A stretch of 64,000 nt of DNA from positions 463,699 to 527,698 of the forward strand of contig JAZKBR010000004.1 of NCBI GenBank assembly GCA_040388535.1. The letters are read 5' to 3'. A program made the position numbers and the translations under genes. This document shows, in pieces, positions 36,736 to 46,298 of the stretch. The stretch's first letter is position 1. Every line of letters starts with the position of its first letter. Below the pieces are notes generated by a model. That model did not search any database. It saw only the letters and a list, made by a program, of their open reading frames with translations, and was not told the DNA's origin. The stretch is from Gemmatimonadota bacterium (GTDB lineage Bacteria > Gemmatimonadota > Gemmatimonadetes > Gemmatimonadales > GWC2-71-9).

Positions 36736-38088
36736 TTGTCTGAGACTATCCGCTTTCCCGCCGGTTTCCTCTGGGGTGCCGCCACCTCGGCCTATCAGGT
36801 CGAAGGCTCGCCACTCGCCGATGGCGCTGGCCCCAGCAACTGGCACCGCTTCGTGCACGAGCCCGGCCGGATCGACAACGGCGATAGCGGTGACATTGCC
36901 TGCGATCACTACCACCGCTGGGCCGACGATGTGGTACTGATGCGCGGGCTCGGACTCAACGCCTACCGCTTCAGCGTCTCCTGGAGCCGGATTCTCCCCA
37001 GCGGGCGCGGGTCGATCAACAAACCCGGACTCGACTTCTATGACCGTCTGGTCGATCGCCTGCTTCAGTATGGTATCGCACCGTCAGTCACCCTCTACCA
37101 CTGGGATCTTCCCGCTGCGCTCGACGACCTCGGCGGCTGGCTCAACCGCGATGTGGCCGGCTGGTTTGCCGACTACGCCGGAGTTGTCGTGCGCGCGCTC
37201 GGCGATCGAGTGCCGATGTGGACGACCCTGAACGAGCCGTGGGTCGTCTCCGATGCCGGATACCTGCACGGTGTTCATGCCCCCGGCCACCGCAGCACCG
37301 CCGGGACCCCGCTGGTCAGTCACAACCTGCTGCGGGCGCACGGCGCCGGGATGCAGGCGATTCGTGCCGAAGGCGGCAAGTCGGCCGGACTGGTCGTAAA
37401 CCTTGAACCGAAGTACCCCGCCACGGACCGCGCTGCTGATGTCGCCGCCACTCGGCGCGCCGACGCCTATATGAATCGCCAGTTTCTCGACCCGGTATTC
37501 CTCGGAAGTTACCCCGAAGAACTTGCCGAGATTTTTGGCGTCGACTGGCCCCGCTTTCCGGACGAGGACTTCGCACTCATCCAGCAACCGCTCGACTTTC
37601 TTGGCGTCAACTACTACACCAGGAACGTGGTCTGCGATGATCCGTCGGCGCTCCCCATTCGCGCCGGCCGCGTCCGCCAGAATGCAGCACTGCACACGAC
37701 ACTCGACTGGGAAGTCTACCCGGCGGCACTCACCGATGTACTGCTCTGGATCACGGAGCGCTATCCATCACTACCATTGTATATCACCGAGAACGGTGCG
37801 GCCTTCCTGGATACCGACCCCGCCGACGCCGAACTCGTGCATGATCCGCTGCGCGTCGACTATTTCCGCTCTCATCTGATGGCCGTGCACGATGCGATCT
37901 ACCAGGGCGCCGATGTTCGCGGCTACTTCGCCTGGTCACTGCTCGACAACTTCGAGTGGAGCGCCGGCTTCGCCAAGACCTTCGGCCTCTTCCGCGTGGA
38001 CAAGCCGAGCCAGCGCCGAATTCCCAAAGCCAGTTCTCGCTTCTACACGGATGTGATTCGTTCTCACGGCGAAGCGCTCGGTCGGTAG
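36736..38088 (+). CDS. GH1 beta-glucosidase
   Basis: FPAGFLWGAATSAYQVEG, acid/base TLNEPW, nucleophile YITENGAA. TTG start only 14 nt from the divergent ATPase start. Confidence 0.9.
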   Translation: MSETIRFPAGFLWGAATSAYQVEGSPLADGAGPSNWHRFVHEPGRIDNGDSGDIACDHYHRWADDVVLMRGLGLNAYRFSVSWSRILPSGRGSINKPGLDFYDRLVDRLLQYGIAPSVTLYHWDLPAALDDLGGWLNRDVAGWFADYAGVVVRALGDRVPMWTTLNEPWVVSDAGYLHGVHAPGHRSTAGTPLVSHNLLRAHGAGMQAIRAEGGKSAGLVVNLEPKYPATDRAADVAATRRADAYMNRQFLDPVFLGSYPEELAEIFGVDWPRFPDEDFALIQQPLDFLGVNYYTRNVVCDDPSALPIRAGRVRQNAALHTTLDWEVYPAALTDVLLWITERYPSLPLYITENGAAFLDTDPADAELVHDPLRVDYFRSHLMAVHDAIYQGADVRGYFAWSLLDNFEWSAGFAKTFGLFRVDKPSQRRIPKASSRFYTDVIRSHGEALGR

Positions 38089-41000
38089 CGGGTCCCAACG
38101 TCATCGCCCAGGTCGATCTCGACCGGATGCTCACGACCGTCGCGCACGAGGTCGATGATGACTGCACCATCGGTCACCCGTGTCGGTGATGTAGTGGATT
38201 GCACCGTTGTCGACCCGGCAGACCGCCTCACGACGATGCGGTAGCGCGTGCCCTCGCCCGGGAGCCGATACGTCACCGTGAATCCGGGCCAATTGCCCGG
38301 GATGCAGGGCCGCAGCACCAGCATCTTGCCGTCGACCGTCGTCACACCCAGCAGTGATTCGAAGGCGACCCGGAACATCCACCCCGCCGAACCCGTGTAC
38401 CACGTCCAGCCGCCGCGACCGGTATGCGGCGCCTCGCCGTAGACATCGGCCGCCACGACATACGGTTCCACCTGGTAGGTCGCGATGGCCTCGACCGAGC
38501 CGCCGCGGGTGACCGGGCTGAGCATTTCGAAGAGGTGTACTGCCCGCTCGCGTCGACCCGCCTCTGCCAATGCACGAACCGCCCAGAGCGCCGCGTGAGT
38601 GTATTGCCCACCATTCTCACGGACGCCAGGCAGATACCCCTTGATGTAGCCGGGGTCGTGCGGCGTCTTGTCGAAGGGCGGGGTCAACAGGCGGATGATG
38701 CCGGCCCGCTCATCGACCAGTCGCAGCTCCATCGCATCGAGCGCTGTGGCGGCCCGCTCTGGCGAGGCCACACCCGCAAGTACCGACCATGCCTGCGCGA
38801 TCGCATCGATCTGGCATTCGTCACTCGACGCGGATCCGATCGGCGCACCATCATCGTAGTAGGCGCGACGATACCAGCCGCCATCCCACCCACCGTCATT
38901 GAGCGCCACGTGCAGCGTCCGCATCCGTTCACGGTACCGCTCGGCGCGTTCAACCTCACCCCGCGCAACCACGGTGGGGAGGAAGCGCTCGAGAATCAGG
39001 TAGAGGAAGAAGCCCATCCAGACCGACTCGCCGCGGCCGAGTCGTCCGACGCGATTCATGCCGTCGTTCCAGTCACCGGTGCCGATGAACGGGAGGTTGT
39101 GGACCCCGCCAGCGAGAGACCGATCGAGCGCCCGACAGCAATGTTCGTAGACGGATCCCGAGGTGCCCGAATCCGTTGGTGCCAGGAAGGCCTCGTCTTC
39201 CCCTTCATGCAGCGCGCACGCAGTGAGAAAGCGGGCCCGCTCATCATAGACCGACGAATCACCCGTGGTGTCGACGTAGTATTGCGTCAGCAGCGGCAGC
39301 CAGAGGAGGTCATCGGCAAACCGGGTGCGAATGCCACGCCCCGCCGGAGGATGCCACCAGTGCATCACGTCGCCCTCGACGAACTGATTGGCGGCGTGCA
39401 GCACGATCTGCTCGCGAGTGAGATGCGGCGCGTGGTAGACGAGCGAGGCCGCGTCCTGGAGCTGGTCACGATAGCCGAAGGCACCTCCCGACTGATACAT
39501 CGCGGAGCGGGCCCAGATGCGGCAACTCAGGTTCTGGTACGCCAGCCAGCCATTGACCATCAAGTCGATCGCCGGCACCGGCGTCTCGATCTGCACGGCA
39601 CCCAGCCGTTCCCGCCAGGCCGCCTGCACGACGTCGAGCTCCGCCTCGATCGCATCGGGTGACCCGAACCGGGCAATGATTTCCAGCGCTGCCGCGCGCG
39701 ACGGCGATTGTCCGAGAAGCATCGACCATTCGACGGTGGCACCCGGCGCTACGTCGGCGGTGACGCGAAACGCCGCGCACGGATCGAGGCCGGGACCAGT
39801 GCGTCCGTCGAGCGGCAGGTCCCGGCGGATCGCGTCGGGCGCGGCTGCACTGCCGTAGCGCCCAAGGAAGGTCGCACGATCACCGGTGAACTCGACCGGA
39901 GCGATCGACTCACCATTGATGGCGGCGAAGGCAACCGCGCTCCCGAAATCCTGGCTCGCCGCGTTCCGCGCGAGCAACACGCGACCGGCCCCGGCCGACT
40001 CCGTGACCGTGGTGGCAGCCGTCGCCGATCGCACGCCGCCGAGGACCCATTCGCCGAACCAGGCGAGGGCCAGGGAGCGACTCTCGGTCCCGCGATTGGT
40101 AACCCGCACTCGCACAATTTTCACCGGAAGTTCATCCGCGACGAACGCGACGACCTCCTGTACCAGATCACTGGAGAGATGATCCCACTTCGTGTACCCG
40201 AAGCCGTGCCTGGTCTCATATGCACCGTTACCAGGAACGGGCGCCGGCGTGGGTGACCAGTAGACTCCGTTGCTACGGTCGACGAGATAGAGCGCCTCGC
40301 CGGCCGGGTCGCTGACGGGGTCGTTGAACCATGGGGTGAGCCGGTTCTCCCGGCTGTTGCCGACCCAGGTGAAGCCGAGCCCGGTCTCCGATGCCACGAA
40401 GCCGACGTTCGGGTTGGCCACGACGTTGGTCCAGGGAAGCGGCGGGAGTCGAAGGCCATCTGCCGTGCGATCGATCCGGATGACATACTCGTTTCCAGCA
40501 GTATTGAAGCCGCCGAAGCCGTTCGGAAATTGCAGCCCATCGCCAGACGCGGCGACCACCTCACCCCCAGCAGCGGGGAGCACCGTAGGCGGACGTTCGC
40601 GTGCCAGCATCTCGAGCGAATCAATGATCCCTTCAGTGGTTGCGCCGCTATGATCGACGGGCCGGGCCGCGGCATCGCGCAGCAGCTGCAGGACTTCGTC
40701 GCGAGTGTGGCCCGCGGCGAGAATCCCCACCAGCTGAATCGATGCGCCCGCAGGAATGCTGAAGCGGCGGCGCACCGCGAAGAGCGGGTCCAGCACATTG
40801 CCAGTGGTCCCGGAGAGCGAGCTGGTGGCGGTCAGGGCGACCGGATTGGCGAGCGACCGACCGCGACCAATAAAGCGCGCGCGATCGGTTTCGAATTCCG
40901 GTGCGCCAAGAGTCACCGACGCCGGGTCAACCAGGGCATGGCCGAGAAAGAGGGTCGGATCTTCGGGGCTGCGCTGACGACGACGCGCGAGCAATCCCGA

Positions 41001-41468
41001 GAACTCAGGAAGTGATTCAGTCTGAACAAACAGCTTCGAGAATGCGGGGTGGCCGGCGTCGGCACCTGCCACATTGAGGACGACTTCCAGACAGGTGGTC
41101 AGTTCGAGGTGCCGTGCCACCTTCCCCATGTTGTGGATGGTGTAGCTGCGCTGCTCGAAATTCCCCGCCGCGCCAACGGAGACCTCGGTGCGAACCTCGA
41201 TCCCCTCATCGTGGCGAACGATGCGCACCAGTCCTGGGGCGAGGCTGACGCGATACCAGCCGGGTCGCTGGGGAGCAGGCTGCACTCCCGCCGACCAGAA
41301 GTGACCGCTCTCGACATCGCGCAGGTAGGCGAAGAACCCTTCGGCATCACGGGTGTCGTCACCCGACCAACGGGTAAGCTCGATCTCGCCAAGTCGTGAA
41401 TAGCCGGCGCCGGCCGAGGAAATCCCGAGGTGATATTCACCGTTGGATAGCAGGTGCTTCTGGGTCAT
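38064..41468 (-). CDS. GH94 phosphorylase of the NdvB/1,2-beta-oligoglucan phosphorylase type
   Basis: 1134 aa. N-terminus LSNGEYHLGISSAGAGYSRLGEIELTRWSGDDTRDAEGFFAYLRDVESGHFWSAG matches the phosphorylase part of cyclic beta-1,2-glucan synthases. Catalytic region GTGDWNDGMN. Start ATG overlaps the upstream stop (ATGA). Confidence 0.8.
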   Translation of the reverse strand: MTQKHLLSNGEYHLGISSAGAGYSRLGEIELTRWSGDDTRDAEGFFAYLRDVESGHFWSAGVQPAPQRPGWYRVSLAPGLVRIVRHDEGIEVRTEVSVGAAGNFEQRSYTIHNMGKVARHLELTTCLEVVLNVAGADAGHPAFSKLFVQTESLPEFSGLLARRRQRSPEDPTLFLGHALVDPASVTLGAPEFETDRARFIGRGRSLANPVALTATSSLSGTTGNVLDPLFAVRRRFSIPAGASIQLVGILAAGHTRDEVLQLLRDAAARPVDHSGATTEGIIDSLEMLARERPPTVLPAAGGEVVAASGDGLQFPNGFGGFNTAGNEYVIRIDRTADGLRLPPLPWTNVVANPNVGFVASETGLGFTWVGNSRENRLTPWFNDPVSDPAGEALYLVDRSNGVYWSPTPAPVPGNGAYETRHGFGYTKWDHLSSDLVQEVVAFVADELPVKIVRVRVTNRGTESRSLALAWFGEWVLGGVRSATAATTVTESAGAGRVLLARNAASQDFGSAVAFAAINGESIAPVEFTGDRATFLGRYGSAAAPDAIRRDLPLDGRTGPGLDPCAAFRVTADVAPGATVEWSMLLGQSPSRAAALEIIARFGSPDAIEAELDVVQAAWRERLGAVQIETPVPAIDLMVNGWLAYQNLSCRIWARSAMYQSGGAFGYRDQLQDAASLVYHAPHLTREQIVLHAANQFVEGDVMHWWHPPAGRGIRTRFADDLLWLPLLTQYYVDTTGDSSVYDERARFLTACALHEGEDEAFLAPTDSGTSGSVYEHCCRALDRSLAGGVHNLPFIGTGDWNDGMNRVGRLGRGESVWMGFFLYLILERFLPTVVARGEVERAERYRERMRTLHVALNDGGWDGGWYRRAYYDDGAPIGSASSDECQIDAIAQAWSVLAGVASPERAATALDAMELRLVDERAGIIRLLTPPFDKTPHDPGYIKGYLPGVRENGGQYTHAALWAVRALAEAGRRERAVHLFEMLSPVTRGGSVEAIATYQVEPYVVAADVYGEAPHTGRGGWTWYTGSAGWMFRVAFESLLGVTTVDGKMLVLRPCIPGNWPGFTVTYRLPGEGTRYRIVVRRSAGSTTVQSTTSPTRVTDGAVIIDLVRDGREHPVEIDLGDDVGTRYRPSASP

Positions 41469-44400
41469 TGGTCGAATTCGATGCGGGCGGGGAGTGCTCG
41501 GAGTGTCACGGTACCATCCGGTGAAATCGGTACAGCAGCGCCGTTGACGAGGGCTCGCGTCGGACGCACACTCCCGGGAGCGTGAAGAAGCACACCGCCT
41601 GGCGGCACGGCAACCCCGGCAGCGATGGTGACCACCGTGGCGGCGCCGACATGCTTCGCCGTGTAGCTGAGCGGCCCCCACCAGGTGCTCAGCCGATTGA
41701 CTGCGACACCACTATCGGCGAGCCAGGCATCACGGATCCCGGCGCCAACGATCAGCGCGCTGTCTGCCTCGCGTTCGTAGACGAAGAGATCGGCAGCGGA
41801 CCTGAGGAAATCCGATCCGACCCAGGTATGGGGCAGATCGCCGAGGAACTTCGGCGCGGTGCGGTCGTGCCACACCACCTCAGGCCACTGATTCCATGCC
41901 GTGGGCTCCTGGTCGGCGAGGAAGGTATCGAGCATGGTGAGTGCGCGCTCTTTCCAGCCCAGGCGGAGCATGGCGCCGACGGTTCGCAGCTCGTAGGGCG
42001 TGTAGTTCACCCAGGCGTTGCCGGCGACGCTGCGGGCGCTCGCATTGGCGAAGTAGCGCTCGAATGTTCGCTCCAGCGCAGCTCGCGGAAGCCGCGGCAG
42101 TTCGTCCGCCGGCGACAACGCGATCGTCGTTGAGGTCGCATCGAAATCCCCGAGGTCTGCCGCACCGGGAATGAAATCGATCTTTCGCGCCTTCATCACG
42201 CCGTCGATCGAGGCGTAGAGGTCGGCCGCAAACTCGTCCCGACTGGCGGCGAGCCGGTGCGCATCTTCAGTCTGGCCGAGCAGCGCCGCCATTGTGGTAG
42301 CATCCTTGAAACCGCGCAGGGCAAAGAAATCATCCCAGTAGGAATGCATGGCCTTTGCCGAATACCCTTCGTGGCTGATCGAGGGCGGCAGCAGTCCGAA
42401 ATAGAGGGCCTGCTCGCCACTCCGGTATTCCGCGGTCCGGTGAGTCCGCCGGAGCGAGTCGAGATAGCCGACGGCAGCCCGCACGTTGGGCCAGAGGTGT
42501 GCGAGCAGGGCGCGATCGCCCGTATGCCGGAAGTACTCCATCACCAGATAGATGAACTCCCCGTGACTGTCGTGCTCTGCCACCGGGTCGGCCCCGCGGC
42601 GATCGACGCAACAGGGAATCTTGCCGTCAGGATACTGATAGCGGGCGTACCAGAGCAGAAAATCACGCACTTCGCTGGCGTGCCCGAACCGGAGCAGCGC
42701 GGTCGAGGTCAGCGCCCCATCGCGGATCCAGGAGCGCTCATAGGAACGGGAACCGGGCTGGAGGGCCGCGCTATCCCGATTGACGAGGATGTAGCCGATC
42801 GTGCTGGCAATGCTGTTCGTGATGCGCGCACCCTCACCCGGCAGCGTGATGCTCGCGGCATCGACCGAGTGCGCCCATCCGGCGGTCACCTGTTGCAAGG
42901 CGGTGTCGACCCCGGCCGCGCGAAGCGGCGGCAGGAAGCCGCGATCGAAAGGCACTTCGATGTCGACGGTGGTACTCGCGCCTGGTGCAAGGTTGACGGG
43001 CCACGACAGCGCCCCCGAGGCCGCGCCAAAGGCATCCTGCACCGTGGTGCCGACCGGCAGCGCCCGCGCACGGAGATACTCCACGATATCGCCGCGGGCA
43101 AAGGGAACGGCGCCGAAACGTGCGCCGGCGGTAAGTGCCCGGACCTCGCGCAGCCCGTTCACCACCACCTGACTCCGATCCCAGCGTAACGAGTCGATCC
43201 GGCTGGTTCCGCCCGGTGTGCCGAGGAATTGCCAGGGCGGGTTGACCTGGAACGGTCGGATCGCGAGGTAGAGCGTCGTCCGCAACGGCGACGCGCCGTG
43301 GTTGGTGATGCGATAGCGGCCGATGAGGCTGGATGCCGTCGCCGAACCGCGCGCGAATGCGGTCACGTCGAGGGTGGCGTCGCCCACGCGCCAGCTCACC
43401 GTCGGAATCGGCAGCCGTCCCTGGGCCAGCGAAGCGCTCCGCTGAGCGTCGTTCCAGCTTCGTAGCTTCCCTTCCAGATACAGAAATGGCTCGATGCTGA
43501 AGGCACCGGTCCCGGGCTCGAGCGCACCGTCTTCCCCGAGCAGTGCTTCGTCGCGCGCGCCATTGACACCGACGACGGTCCACGCTGCCGCCTCACCACT
43601 CAGGTACCGCGGGAAGGTGCCTCGTGCTGCATCACTGGCGACCAGTTTGAAGAACGCATTTCGTGATGCGGCCGACTCGAGGGGCTCGATGCGCCACTCG
43701 CGGAGGCCGACGGGTCGGCTAGCGGAACCCGCCACGACGTCGAGTCGCAGATAGCGCACGTCACTGTCGGGAAGGTAGAAGTGATCCGAAAGCCCTCGCC
43801 CACGTTGCCGCGACTCGACCACGTGCCAGCGTCTTGCGTCTTCGGAGGCGAGCAGAGTCAGCCGCACGGGAGCGTGTTCTGGCTCCCAGACTAACGAAAC
43901 CGCGCCGAATTCGCGGCTCCGCAGGAAGTCGAGAGTGAGAGATGCCCGCGCGCGACCCGCCCGCCAAACAGTGATACCATTGCCATCGATCGCAGCGCTC
44001 GCCGTGTGGCCTGCCTCACTGCTCGTCGCCGTGATGGCAGGGGTCAGCGTGTAGGGCCCGCTGTCGGGCAAGGGCGCAATCGCGAGATCGTCGAACCAGA
44101 CGCTCCCCTTCCCACCACCGCTGCCGGCGGTGATCACCAGCTCGAGGGACGCCACCTCCCTGAGTTCCCCGCCCCCCTTGGGACCCCAGGCGAATGCGAT
44201 CTGTCGCTTGCGGATGGTGATCTTCTCCCACGCGCCGGAAAAGTGACGATCGCGCTCGGTGTACCACCAGACATTCTCGCCGCTCGCATCAATCAGCTTG
44301 AATTCGAGTGTATTTGGCGCCGCACTCCCCTTGATCCAGAAGGTGAAGGCATAGTTGTCGTGCAGCGGCAGAGCGAGTGCTCGGCGAGCGATGGCGTACC

Positions 44401-44590
44401 CTCCGCCGGTGAAGCCGAAGTCCAGCCTCATCGCTCGGCCTCGACGTCCCACATCGCCGTGGAGAGTGAGTGCCACGCCATCGGCCGGGTGGGCGCTCCA
44501 GCCTTCGATCCGGTCGAAGGCATCGAGCACCTGCGCGGTGTCCCCCCGCAAAGGCACCAGCAGCGAGGCGAGCAGCAAGGCGCTCATCAT
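41465..44590 (-). CDS. Secreted multidomain putative glycoside hydrolase: N-terminal beta-sandwich, F5/8 type C (discoidin) domain and (alpha/alpha)6 GH15-like catalytic domain
   Basis: Signal peptide MMSALLLASLLVPLRG. Discoidin-like AIDGNGITVWRAG...FGAVSLVWE. GH15-like SYERSWIRDGALTSTALLRFGH...YQYPDGKIPC. Activity unknown. Confidence 0.6.
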   Translation of the reverse strand: MMSALLLASLLVPLRGDTAQVLDAFDRIEGWSAHPADGVALTLHGDVGRRGRAMRLDFGFTGGGYAIARRALALPLHDNYAFTFWIKGSAAPNTLEFKLIDASGENVWWYTERDRHFSGAWEKITIRKRQIAFAWGPKGGGELREVASLELVITAGSGGGKGSVWFDDLAIAPLPDSGPYTLTPAITATSSEAGHTASAAIDGNGITVWRAGRARASLTLDFLRSREFGAVSLVWEPEHAPVRLTLLASEDARRWHVVESRQRGRGLSDHFYLPDSDVRYLRLDVVAGSASRPVGLREWRIEPLESAASRNAFFKLVASDAARGTFPRYLSGEAAAWTVVGVNGARDEALLGEDGALEPGTGAFSIEPFLYLEGKLRSWNDAQRSASLAQGRLPIPTVSWRVGDATLDVTAFARGSATASSLIGRYRITNHGASPLRTTLYLAIRPFQVNPPWQFLGTPGGTSRIDSLRWDRSQVVVNGLREVRALTAGARFGAVPFARGDIVEYLRARALPVGTTVQDAFGAASGALSWPVNLAPGASTTVDIEVPFDRGFLPPLRAAGVDTALQQVTAGWAHSVDAASITLPGEGARITNSIASTIGYILVNRDSAALQPGSRSYERSWIRDGALTSTALLRFGHASEVRDFLLWYARYQYPDGKIPCCVDRRGADPVAEHDSHGEFIYLVMEYFRHTGDRALLAHLWPNVRAAVGYLDSLRRTHRTAEYRSGEQALYFGLLPPSISHEGYSAKAMHSYWDDFFALRGFKDATTMAALLGQTEDAHRLAASRDEFAADLYASIDGVMKARKIDFIPGAADLGDFDATSTTIALSPADELPRLPRAALERTFERYFANASARSVAGNAWVNYTPYELRTVGAMLRLGWKERALTMLDTFLADQEPTAWNQWPEVVWHDRTAPKFLGDLPHTWVGSDFLRSAADLFVYEREADSALIVGAGIRDAWLADSGVAVNRLSTWWGPLSYTAKHVGAATVVTIAAGVAVPPGGVLLHAPGSVRPTRALVNGAAVPISPDGTVTLRALPARIEFDQ

Positions 44591-45408
44591 CCCTTGACGC
44601 TCCCCGCCATGATCCCCTGGATGTAGTAGCGCTGCAGGAAGAGGAAGGCGATGAACACCGGCACCACCGTGACCACGGCGCCGGCCATCATCAGCTCGAC
44701 ATCCTGGACGTGTTCACCGGCAAGATTCGCGAGCGCCACGGGAAGATTGTAGCGCGCATCGTCGCTCAGGACGATGAGCGGCCACATGAAGTCATTCCAG
44801 GCACTCAGGAAGGTGAAGACGCCTAGTGTCGCGAGCACGGGACCGAGCGACGGGAGCACGATCGAGCGGAAGACGCGGAATTCACTGGCGCCATCGAGCC
44901 GCGCGGCATCGAGCAGATCGTCAGGGATCGAGAGGGCATACTGCCGCACCAGGAAGATGCCGTAGATCGGCGCCAGCACCGGGATCATCGCTCCGAAGAG
45001 CGTGTTGATCAGCCCCATCTCGCGGAGCAGGATGAACATCGGCAGCATGGCGACCTGCCCCGGGATCACCATCCCGGCCAGCAGCGCGCGGAAGATCGCC
45101 TTGCTACCTCGGAAGCGCAGCTTCGCGAAGGCATAGCCCGCCATTCCGGTGATCAGGACGGCGAGGATCGTCCCGCCGAGGGCGATGATCAGCGAGTTGG
45201 CGAAGTAGCGCCCCATGTTCTGCGACAAAAAGAGCGCGCGATAGTGCTCGAGCGAGGGATGGTGCGGCAGCAGCGGTGGCGGCGAGGTGTTGGCCTCCCC
45301 CGACCGCATCAACGACGCGGAGACCATCCACAGCAACGGACTCGCCGCGAGGAGTGCCCCCACGAAGAGCAGGGCATGGAGCCCAACCGAACGCCAGCGG
45401 AGCTTCAC
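44587..45408 (-). CDS. Carbohydrate ABC transporter permease (MalG-like)
   Basis: 6 TM helices and EAA-type loop (AARLDGASEFRVFRSIVLP). GTG start overlaps the upstream stop (GTGA). Confidence 0.85.
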   Translation of the reverse strand: MKLRWRSVGLHALLFVGALLAASPLLWMVSASLMRSGEANTSPPPLLPHHPSLEHYRALFLSQNMGRYFANSLIIALGGTILAVLITGMAGYAFAKLRFRGSKAIFRALLAGMVIPGQVAMLPMFILLREMGLINTLFGAMIPVLAPIYGIFLVRQYALSIPDDLLDAARLDGASEFRVFRSIVLPSLGPVLATLGVFTFLSAWNDFMWPLIVLSDDARYNLPVALANLAGEHVQDVELMMAGAVVTVVPVFIAFLFLQRYYIQGIMAGSVKG

Positions 45409-46298
45409 GGGGCACTCTGCCGCTGCAACCGCAGCTGAATCAAGGTGCCCAGCAGTGTGAGCAGGAAGAGCACGACCGCAATGGACGCCGAGAAGCCAAG
45501 GCGCCACCAGCGGAAGCCTTCCTCATACATATAGAGCACCAGCGTCAGCGTGCTCTTGAGCGGGCCGCCCTGGGTCATCACATACGGCTCGCTGAAGATC
45601 TGGAACGAGGCAATCATCGTTACCACGCCCACGAACACAAACGTCGGCCCGAGCATCGGCAAGGTGACGTGCCGGAACCGGCTCCAGGCCCCTGCCCCAT
45701 CGAGCGACGCGGCCTCGTAGAGCTCATCGGGAATGCTCTGCAACCCGGCGAGAAAGACCAGCATGTTGTAGCCGAAGTTCTTCCAGACCGAGAGCAGAAT
45801 CAACGAGGGCATCGCCCAGTGCGGGTCGCCAAGCCAGTCGATCGGCCCGACGCCAACCACCCCGAGGGCCGCGTTGAGCAGACCATACTGCGGGTGGTAG
45901 ATGTATCGCCATACCAGCGCCATCGCGACCAGCGTCGTGACCCACGGCGCGAAGAAGGCACTTCGGAAGAACGGCTTGAAGCGAACCAGCTTGGCGTTGA
46001 TCGCAATGGCGGCGGCGAGCGAGACCGCCGCCGACAGCGGGCCGCCGACGACCACGAAGTAGAGCGTGTTCTTGAGCGCCTTCCAGAAGAGTGGCGACGT
46101 GGCCAGGTCGTGATAGTTCTTGAGGCCGATGAAGCGGGTGTTGCCGAGGTCGGCGATGGAATAGAGATCGAAGTCGGTGAAGCTCAGCACGAACGCGCCG
46201 AGCACCGGGATCGCGAAGAAGATCCCGATCAGCAGCAGCGCCGGCGCCACGAAGGCCCACCCTGCCCTCGCCTCGGCCCGTGCCTCCGCTTCGATCAC
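45405..46298 (-). CDS. Carbohydrate ABC transporter permease (MalF-like)
   Basis: EAA loop EAASLDGAGAWSRFRHVTLP. 6 TM helices. GTG start overlaps the SBP stop (GTGA). The 587-aa ORF in the track is an upstream artefact. Confidence 0.85.
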   Translation of the reverse strand: MIEAEARAEARAGWAFVAPALLLIGIFFAIPVLGAFVLSFTDFDLYSIADLGNTRFIGLKNYHDLATSPLFWKALKNTLYFVVVGGPLSAAVSLAAAIAINAKLVRFKPFFRSAFFAPWVTTLVAMALVWRYIYHPQYGLLNAALGVVGVGPIDWLGDPHWAMPSLILLSVWKNFGYNMLVFLAGLQSIPDELYEAASLDGAGAWSRFRHVTLPMLGPTFVFVGVVTMIASFQIFSEPYVMTQGGPLKSTLTLVLYMYEEGFRWWRLGFSASIAVVLFLLTLLGTLIQLRLQRQSAP

